From Schaalia meyeri (GTDB lineage: Bacteria > Actinomycetota > Actinomycetes > Actinomycetales > Actinomycetaceae), in contig NZ_FNLK01000006.1 of the NCBI RefSeq assembly GCF_900105015.1, positions 75,480-107,479 of the forward strand: 32,000 bases of DNA, given 5' to 3'. Positions 25,978 to 32,000 of the stretch are shown piece by piece. The position numbers were made by a program, and so were the translations under genes. The notes under the pieces were generated by a model, which was given only the letters and a program-made list of their open reading frames with translations, was not told where the DNA came from and ran no database searches. How positions within the stretch are numbered: the first letter of the stretch is position 1; every line of letters begins with the position of its first letter.

Positions 25978-26116
25978 TGCCTCTGCCGGGGTTATGCCGC
26001 TGGTCGGGTTGTGCCTGTGCCGGGTCCTCAGGAAACGCACACCGGGCATTGAGGAATCATGCAGGCTCTTATGATGGTGTAAGAGCATTGCGCGATGAAT
26101 CCTCGAAAGGAAACCT

Positions 26117-27097
26117 GTGGAACCAGCGACCGAGTCATTCGTCCCTGCGAGCCCGGATCTGATCTGGATGGTGTTCATACAACAGGTGCTCGTCCTTATC
26201 GCATGGGTCATCGGCCTCGTTGTGCGCCGCGTGCTCAAGAACCGCATGACGATGTCGACGGCATCGGCGACCCTGGCCGGACTGGCCGGGCTGTGGGGTG
26301 GGCTGGTCATCGCGGGGTGGATTTTCGACTCGGGCGACCTGTGGAAACCGGACATGATCGGTGTCGCCGCGCTGGTTGCCCTCGTCGTCGTGGTGGTGGT
26401 CGCCCTGGTCACCGCTTACCTGCACCCGCGCCCCGGCCTCGAACCAATCGCCGAAGTTGCCCGGCGTGGAGAATCCGACTCCCGCGAGTTCAAGTCCAGC
26501 GCCCGGTGGAACATGCGGACGGGCAAGCGCGACGAAGCGATCGAAACCGTCATCGCCAAGACCGTCGCCGCGTTCATGAACTCCGGCGGCGGCACACTCC
26601 TGATCGGCGTCGACGACGACGGTCGGCTCATCGGCCTCGGCCCCGATTACGCGACCCTCAAGACTCCGGACGCCGACCGCTTCGAGCTGTGGATTCGCGA
26701 CCTGTGGAGGCAGCGCCTGGGGACCAACGCGGCCGCGTTGCCCCGGCTCGATTTCGCGGAGGCCTCGCAGCCACAGGAGGGCTACGAGCGCCAGGAGGTG
26801 TGTCGGGTCACCATCCCGCCCTCGCCTCGTCCCGTCTACCTGAGGGGGGCCAAAGGCAAGGGGGAAGCGGAGCTGTGGGTGCGTGTCGGCAATTCGACGC
26901 GGCGCCTTGAGGTGGTCGACGCGGTGCAATACGTGTCGCTTCGCTGGCCCGAAAGCGTGCGAGTGTCCCCCCTGACGCGCGTGAGGCTGTTCATGACGCT
27001 GCGCCACCGCGAGACGCCCACGCGCCTGCCGGGCGTCGTACAGCGCGTGCTCGCCGAGGGTGGGAGCGGCGAGATTCCCGCATCCGAGGGCGAATGA
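26117..27097 (+). CDS. Membrane-anchored AlbA_2 (Schlafen-type) domain protein (326 aa)
   Basis: GTG 26117 is preceded by AAAGGAAA, and ATG 26168 is an alternative. Three N-terminal TM helices are predicted: LIWMVFIQQVLVLIAWVIGLVV, ATLAGLAGLWGGLVIAGWIF and MIGVAALVALVVVVVVALVTAYL. An AlbA_2 core follows: ESDSREFKSS...IAKTVAAFMNSGGGTLLIGVDDDGRLIGL...LWVRVGNSTRRL. No HTH or ATPase module follows it. Confidence 0.8.
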   Translation: MEPATESFVPASPDLIWMVFIQQVLVLIAWVIGLVVRRVLKNRMTMSTASATLAGLAGLWGGLVIAGWIFDSGDLWKPDMIGVAALVALVVVVVVALVTAYLHPRPGLEPIAEVARRGESDSREFKSSARWNMRTGKRDEAIETVIAKTVAAFMNSGGGTLLIGVDDDGRLIGLGPDYATLKTPDADRFELWIRDLWRQRLGTNAAALPRLDFAEASQPQEGYERQEVCRVTIPPSPRPVYLRGAKGKGEAELWVRVGNSTRRLEVVDAVQYVSLRWPESVRVSPLTRVRLFMTLRHRETPTRLPGVVQRVLAEGGSGEIPASEGE

Positions 27098-27341
27098 CCC
27101 GCGGGGGAAGTCGGATACGAGGTCTATGACAACGGCGGCATCAACTGAGGGCGCAGCTCCTCAGCGTTGCCGAAGCAGTTCCTGGCCGCTGTTACCTCTC
27201 ACGTGAGCCTGTCGCCCGGTGATGTTGCCCGGCGATCTCGCACGTTCACCCGCCGGGGTACACGCCGATCGAGCTGCCCACACGCGCCCCAGCGGGTTTT
27301 CGCCGCCGACCAATGCACACGGCGCGCGGCACGCGAACGCC

Positions 27342-29114
27342 TCACTCGCCGCCCTTGCGGCGACGGATGCGCTTGCGGGCGCGAGGCGCGCGCTCACCAC
27401 CGGCTGAGGGGCCGCCCTCGGTGCCGCCAGAACGCGGCGAGTGTTCACCGCGTCCGCGGCCCCTCGTGCCGCGATCGGAGCGGCCACCCTTGCCGGCGTT
27501 CAGCGTGCGATCACCGTCCTGGGAGCCGCGCGACCGGGACCCGCGGGTTGAGCGCGAGGGATCAGAGGACTTCGCCGACCGCCCACGCCCGCCGCGCGAG
27601 GAACGCGACCCGCCGCGTGAGCCGCGGCCTCGTCGCTCAGAGCGGGGTGAGGAGCCTCCCAGATCCTCGAGGAACTCGGCGTCCAGGCCGGGGCGCGTGC
27701 GCTTGGCGCGCGGCAGGCGGCCCGTCGTGCCCTCGGGGATGTCCAGGTCGGTGAACAGGTGAGGGGAGGTGTGGTAGGTTTCGAGCGGATCCGGTACACC
27801 CAGGCCCAGGGCCTTGGAGATGAGGGACCAGCGCGGCGTGTCATCCCAGTCCACGAAGGTCACGGCCGTCCCCGAGTTGCCGGCGCGGCCCGTGCGCCCG
27901 ATGCGGTGGATGTAGATCTTCTCGTCTTCGGGGCACTGGTAGTTGATGACGTGCGTGACGTGCGTGACGTCGATGCCGCGCGCGGCGACGTCCGTCGCAA
28001 CCAGGACGTCGACCTTGCCGTTACGGAACGCGCGCAGTGCCTGTTCGCGCGCGCCCTGGCCCAGGTCGCCGTGCAGCGCGCCAACGGCGAAGCCGCGGGC
28101 GGTCAGATCCTCGCCGAGGCGCGCGGCGGTGCGCTTGGTGCGGCAGAAGATGACGGTCCGGCCGCGTCCCTGGGACTGCAGGATGCGGGAGAGAACCTCG
28201 ACCTTGTTCATGGAGTGAACGCGGTAGATCACTTGCTTGACGGTGTTGACCGTCTGGTTCTGGTCGTCGGGGTCCTGGGCGCGAATGTGCGTGGGGTGGA
28301 CCATGAAGCGGCGCGCGAGGGCCACGACCGGTCCGGGCATGGTCGCCGAGAACAGCATGGTGTGGCGGTTCTCGGGGACGCGCGCGAGCAGGGTTTCCAC
28401 GTCCGGCAGGAAGCCGAGGTCGAGCATCTCGTCGGCCTCGTCAAGGACGACGGTTTCGACGCCGGACAGGTGCAGGTGACCCTTGCGCAGCAGGTCGATG
28501 AGGCGGCCGGGCGTGCCCACGACGATGTCAGCGCCGCGCGTGAGGGCGTCGATCTGGGGCTCGAAGGCGACACCGCCGTAGATCTCCACGATGCGGGTAG
28601 ACAGGTACTTGGAGGCGCCGCGCAGGTCCTGGGCTACCTGCTTGGTGAGCTCGCGGGTCGGCAGGATGATGAGGGCCTGCGGCTGATTCGGGTTGAGCAG
28701 CTGCTCGTAGCCCTCTTCGTCGGGCGCGATGACGTCTTCGAGGACGGGGATGCCGAAGCCGAGGGTCTTGCCGGTGCCGGTCTTTGCCTGCCCGATGATG
28801 TCGTGGCGTTCCAGCGCCGGGCCCAGCGTCAGCGCCTGGATGGGGAAGGGATGCGTGATGCCCTTGTCCTCGAGAGCATCGACGATCGGGTCGGTGACGC
28901 CGAAGTCCGCGAAGGATTTCTTGTCCAGGTCCTCGTCCCCCCTGTCGGTGATGTCGGGGGTGGCTTCCTGTTCCTTTGAGACGACCGGGTGAATGTTGCC
29001 GAGGCGGACAACGCCCGCGGAGTATTCGACGGGCGAGGCCGGGACCTGCGCGGCCTGTTCGTTATTGTCGTTGTCGGGGGCGGGCACGGCTGCCTCACTG
29101 CTCGTGGTAGTCAC
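27342..29114 (-). CDS. rhlE: DEAD-box ATP-dependent RNA helicase with an Arg/Gly/Ser-rich C-terminal tail
   Basis: It has the Q motif FADFGV...GITHPFPIQ, motif I AKTGTGKT, PTREL, motif II DEAD (VLDEADEM), SAT, and motifs V-VI ARGIDV and HRIGRTGRAG. The start is uncertain. GTG 29114 was chosen because the 29115-29291 part of the ORF has weak third-position G/C bias. The symbol is given by analogy to mycobacterial RhlE, which shares this neighbourhood. Confidence 0.9.
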   Translation of the reverse strand: MTTTSSEAAVPAPDNDNNEQAAQVPASPVEYSAGVVRLGNIHPVVSKEQEATPDITDRGDEDLDKKSFADFGVTDPIVDALEDKGITHPFPIQALTLGPALERHDIIGQAKTGTGKTLGFGIPVLEDVIAPDEEGYEQLLNPNQPQALIILPTRELTKQVAQDLRGASKYLSTRIVEIYGGVAFEPQIDALTRGADIVVGTPGRLIDLLRKGHLHLSGVETVVLDEADEMLDLGFLPDVETLLARVPENRHTMLFSATMPGPVVALARRFMVHPTHIRAQDPDDQNQTVNTVKQVIYRVHSMNKVEVLSRILQSQGRGRTVIFCRTKRTAARLGEDLTARGFAVGALHGDLGQGAREQALRAFRNGKVDVLVATDVAARGIDVTHVTHVINYQCPEDEKIYIHRIGRTGRAGNSGTAVTFVDWDDTPRWSLISKALGLGVPDPLETYHTSPHLFTDLDIPEGTTGRLPRAKRTRPGLDAEFLEDLGGSSPRSERRGRGSRGGSRSSRGGRGRSAKSSDPSRSTRGSRSRGSQDGDRTLNAGKGGRSDRGTRGRGRGEHSPRSGGTEGGPSAGGERAPRARKRIRRRKGGE

Positions 29115-29366
29115 GATCTGCCTTGTCTCCCGGGCATTTCCGGGGTCGGGGTCGGTGCCGATCGCGCATTGTCTGGCGCGGGGATACACGTCCGCGCGTA
29201 CGTGGTATGTGTCAAGAATGCGACCGGTCTCTTTTTGGTCGCTTTTCAGTGTAACGGTGCTGACGTCGATAGCGAGGGAGGGGCTGGTCACAGCGCGTTG
29301 TTTCGTGGAGTGGGAACGGGAATGGAACGGGGCTCATGGGGCGCTGCCAGGCACTATGCTGGAGTC

Positions 29367-29996
29367 ATGGCACACGACTACGTTTCCGTTCCCGCCGAAG
29401 ACGCCGACGTCGTCGGTATTCTCGCCTATTCCTCGCTGGCGTTCATGACTCGCCTGGCGAAGGACGGCGAGCAGGCGCCCACCTTCGAGGCCCACGTCGA
29501 GCACGCCCGCATGTCCGCCCAGTGCTTCGCGCTGTATCAGCAGCTGGAGGTGTGGAGCCGGCATCGCGGGTTCGATCTGATGGCTGCCGCCGAGGTCTTC
29601 TCCGGGACCTACGATGATCTGGATGCGCGCACGCGCCCCACGACCTTCGCCGAGCGCAGCGTCAAGACCTTCATCACGCGCGGCATGCTGGGCGACATGC
29701 TGCTGCGAGTCGCTCAGTCGCACGGTCTGTTCGAGGGCATGGAGGACGTGTGGCCGTTCGAGCAGGGACACTGGGTGCGCGCGCACCTGGGACCCCAGAT
29801 TGAGAAGGACCCGCAGCTGGCGGCGCGCCTGTCGCTGTGGGGCCGCCGCGTCGCCGGCGAGGCGCTGGGCCTGGTGCGAGCAACCCTGTTCACCTACCCG
29901 ACGCTGGCCACATCCCCGGAGAACGTGGACGAGATCACGGAGTACGTGATCGCGCGTCACGGGGAGCGCATGCGCGACATCCACCTGAAGGCGTAG
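29367..29996 (+). CDS. Conserved actinobacterial hypothetical protein, probably a ferritin-like/four-helix-bundle fold (209 aa)
   Basis: Codon bias is strong from ATG 29367 (MAHDYVSVPAEDADVVGILAYSSLAFMTRLA...). The sequence is predicted all-helical. ATG 29322 is an alternative start. The family assignment is tentative and from memory of similar 'ferritin-like fold-containing' proteins next to DEAD-box helicases. Confidence 0.6.
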   Translation: MAHDYVSVPAEDADVVGILAYSSLAFMTRLAKDGEQAPTFEAHVEHARMSAQCFALYQQLEVWSRHRGFDLMAAAEVFSGTYDDLDARTRPTTFAERSVKTFITRGMLGDMLLRVAQSHGLFEGMEDVWPFEQGHWVRAHLGPQIEKDPQLAARLSLWGRRVAGEALGLVRATLFTYPTLATSPENVDEITEYVIARHGERMRDIHLKA

Positions 29997-30013
29997 CGCC
30001 GAGAGCACACAGT

Positions 30014-30059
30014 GGGCCGGGGCTGCCGCGGTCGGCAAACCGCCGAGGCTGCCCGGCCC
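30014..30059. terminator. Imperfect hairpin between the convergent ferritin-like and DUF3107 genes
   Basis: GGGCCGGG (30014-30021) pairs with CCCGGCCC (30052-30059) around a partly paired interior. It lies between the stops at 29996 and 30075. There is no T tract. Confidence 0.3.
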
Positions 30060-30074
30060 GGTTCGTTGCGTGGG

Positions 30075-30299
30075 TTAGCCGATCGCGAAGCCGACGCGGC
30101 GCTCGGCCTTGCTGGCGATCTGCACGTATCCGATCGCGTGGGCGGGGACCAGGACGCGCTGTCCCTTGGTGTCGGTGAGGTGAAGGAGGGCGTTCTGGGA
30201 GACGGCCTCGTCCACTCTCGAGATGAGCTGCTCCTCGGTCAGGTTGACGTCGAGGCTGAGCTGGCGCGCGCCCCCTCGAATGCCGATAAAGATCTCCAT
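30075..30299 (-). CDS. DUF3107 domain-containing protein (TB9.4-like, 74 aa)
   Basis: AAGGAG RBS is upstream of ATG 30299. The translation is MEIFIGIRGGARQLSLDVNLTEEQLISRVDEAVSQNALLHLTDTKGQRVLVPAHAIGYVQIASKAERRVGFAIG. It matches the conserved MEIKIG...L.L.D.KG....VP...IAYVE family. The track ORF extending to 30725 is an artefactual extension. Confidence 0.85.
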   Translation of the reverse strand: MEIFIGIRGGARQLSLDVNLTEEQLISRVDEAVSQNALLHLTDTKGQRVLVPAHAIGYVQIASKAERRVGFAIG

Positions 30300-30377
30300 G
30301 TTTGCTCCTTGCCGGGAAAAATCGTCGTGGCCATCATATGTGCCACAGATGCGGGTGGGGTCTGCCAGTATTGCGTC

Positions 30378-32000
30378 ATGAGCGAAATCGAGGTCAGATT
30401 GCGGAGTCGGCCCGCCGGTTGGTGGCGTCTGCCCGAACTGAACCGGGAGCAGAAGGCGATTTGCGAGGCCGCGCGGGCGGGTGACGTGATCGCCCGGGGC
30501 GCCCCGTCCTCGGGGCGCAGCACCTGTGCGCTCGCGGTGTTTGAGCGCGCGGTGGGCGACGGCCTCTCCGCCCTGATTGTGACGCCCGACCGTACGCGCG
30601 CCGATGCCCTGACGCCTCAAGCCCAGGCCCTCGGGCCGTCCGTGGTGCGCCCGGTGCGCACGCCCGCCTCTTTCGCGTATCAGGTCGTGGCCACGTGGCG
30701 CACCCAGCGCGCCGCGCCGCTCCATGGGGTCGAGCTGGTGACGGGAGCCGCCCAGGATCAGATGCTGGCGGAACTGCTCGACTCCGTACGCGCGCCGTGG
30801 CCGCCAGAAATCGGCCCGCAGATGCGCGCCATGCCGGCTTTCCGTGCGGAGCTGCGTGACCTGGTGGCCCGCGTGGGCGAGGCCGGGATGAACGCTGCTG
30901 ACCTGACGCGAGCGGGGATCAGGTTCGGCAGGCCCGAGTGGGAGGGGGCGGGCGCGATCGTGGCCGCCCTGGAGGAGGGACCCGAGCGTTCCATAGAGTA
31001 TCCACTGGCCCTGCGCGTGGACCTGTCGCGCATCCAGTCCCTCGCCGCCGACCTGATCCGCAGGTGGGAGACGGATGGTCCGGCGCTCGGCGTTGAGGCG
31101 CCCCTCCCGGTGCCCGACGTCGTCATTGTGGATGACCTGCAGGACTGCACTCCCTCGACCCTCACGCTACTGGAATCCTGTAGGCGCGCGGGCGCGCGCA
31201 TCGTCGCCTTCTCGGACTCCGACGTGGCGGTCGCCGGATACCGAGGGGGCGAGCCGCACCTGGACCGCCGCCTCGCCTCCCTCCTCGGCGTCGAGATCTC
31301 GGAACTGGGGCAGGTGTATAGAACCTCGCGCGCGGTGCGCACCGTGGCGCGCGCCGCATGCTCGCGCATCGCCCAGTCGGGTTCGCCCGCCCGACGCGAT
31401 GCCGACGTTGCGGCCGGAGCGCAGGCGGGGCGGCTCGTCACGCACCTGGGGGCCACGCCCTCACAGATGGGGGCGCTGATCGCGCGGGCGATTCGCGCGC
31501 ACCACCTGCACGACGGCATTGACTTCACGGACCAGGTCGTCATCGTGCGCAGCGCGTCGATGGTCGCCGACACGCGCCGCTACCTCGCTCGCGGCGGCGT
31601 TCCCCTGGCCGGGGGCGGGCACGCCTTCGACTTCGCCGCCCAGCCCACGACGCGGCTCCTGCTCGACCTCGTGACCCTGCCCATAGGCCTCACCGACACC
31701 GAGGCCGACGCGCGCCGCGAGCTGGCCGAGCGCCTCCTGCCCTCGCCCCTCGTGGGAGCCGACCCCCTGGCCGTCCGCCGCATCCTGCGCAGGCTCAACG
31801 CCGAGCGCGCCCTGGCCGCCCAGGTATCCGGCGACAAGGACGCGCCGGTCCCGCTGACGATGGTTGACCTCGTGGATGATCCATCCACGTGGCGGCCCGC
31901 CCTGGAACGGGGATCCAGGGCGGGGGCGGCGCTCGCCAGCTCGCGGCGCGCGTCGCCTCGTGTCGGTGAGGGCCTATGGGCAGGGTCACGAGGTCGAGCA
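30378..32000 (+). CDS. UvrD/AddB-like helicase-nuclease subunit (AdnA-like), N-terminal 541 codons; continues past the window
   Basis: By manual translation the frame is open from 30378 to the window end, and the ORF track omits it because it is edge-truncated. UvrD-family motifs are present in order: I GAPSSGRST, Ia IVTPDRTRA, II VVIVDDLQDCT, III FSDSDVAVAGYRGGEP, IV VYRTSRAV, then VIVRSASM...LARGGVPLA. GTG 30327 is an alternative start. Confidence 0.75.
   Translation, partial: MSEIEVRLRSRPAGWWRLPELNREQKAICEAARAGDVIARGAPSSGRSTCALAVFERAVGDGLSALIVTPDRTRADALTPQAQALGPSVVRPVRTPASFAYQVVATWRTQRAAPLHGVELVTGAAQDQMLAELLDSVRAPWPPEIGPQMRAMPAFRAELRDLVARVGEAGMNAADLTRAGIRFGRPEWEGAGAIVAALEEGPERSIEYPLALRVDLSRIQSLAADLIRRWETDGPALGVEAPLPVPDVVIVDDLQDCTPSTLTLLESCRRAGARIVAFSDSDVAVAGYRGGEPHLDRRLASLLGVEISELGQVYRTSRAVRTVARAACSRIAQSGSPARRDADVAAGAQAGRLVTHLGATPSQMGALIARAIRAHHLHDGIDFTDQVVIVRSASMVADTRRYLARGGVPLAGGGHAFDFAAQPTTRLLLDLVTLPIGLTDTEADARRELAERLLPSPLVGADPLAVRRILRRLNAERALAAQVSGDKDAPVPLTMVDLVDDPSTWRPALERGSRAGAALASSRRASPRVGEGLWAGSRGRA

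Noticed and set aside
25971-26162. 63-aa Cys-containing ORF in the CPBP/AlbA_2 intergenic region, considered as a hidden bacteriocin or peptide precursor
   Set aside because: It starts inside the terminator hairpin and has poor third-position G/C bias (many t/a-ending codons). It has no RBS and overlaps the start of the AlbA_2 gene. It has no leader-peptide-like features.
23160-27340. The accessory cassette considered as a mobile element or integrated island
   Set aside because: No integrase, transposase or recombinase is present. There are no flanking direct or inverted repeats and no adjacent tRNA. Only composition and context suggest acquisition.
27759-28979. 406-aa plus-strand ORF opposite the DEAD-box helicase
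   Set aside because: It is antisense to a gene carrying every DEAD-box motif, and its composition is that of a shadow frame.
30758-31888. Minus-strand ORFs (271 aa and 102 aa) at the right end of the window
   Set aside because: The + strand frame from 30378 is open to the window end and carries ordered UvrD-family motifs. These are its antisense shadows. The track simply omits edge-truncated ORFs.

Overview
This is a high-GC actinobacterial chromosomal segment. The taxon is inferred from codon bias, GTG starts, an LAxTG sortase signal and mycobacteria-like gene neighbourhoods. I can support about 30 protein-coding genes, one tRNA-Gln, several intrinsic terminators, one coding tandem repeat and one clear operator region. 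I see no rRNA, CRISPR array, transposase, integrase or recognisable known defence system.

Most of the window is core housekeeping:
- TetR regulator, tRNA-Gln, glmU-prs-rplY, GDP-mannose pyrophosphorylase, a BMP-family lipoprotein.
- dapE, a LOG-family protein, a small DUF3117 gene missing from the ORF track, and an O-methyltransferase.
- A minus-strand operon of an MgtE-N/CBS protein, DUF1003 and Mrp.
- Aminopeptidase P, an ansP-ansA operon, a PHP phosphoesterase, MarC, a proline-rich LAxTG surface protein and glycogen phosphorylase.
- DEAD-box helicase, a ferritin-like protein, DUF3107 and the start of an AdnA-like UvrD-family helicase.

The only clearly accessory block is about 23.19-27.10 kb. 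It holds a YtrA-type GntR repressor with palindromic operators, an ABC ATPase, an unclassifiable polytopic permease, a CPBP/Abi intramembrane protease and a separately transcribed three-TM protein fused to an AlbA_2 (Schlafen-type) domain. This is my best candidate for an undescribed membrane-linked immunity or abortive-infection-like module. That reading rests on domain recognition and context only.

Other observations worth a second look:
- glmU lacks the catalytic C-terminal half of the acetyltransferase domain.
- A translationally overlapped 'split MgtE' plus DUF1003 pair.
- A structured 570-bp leader upstream of glgP.
- A helicase subunit with degenerate motor motifs.

The many long antisense ORFs in the track are high-GC shadow ORFs.
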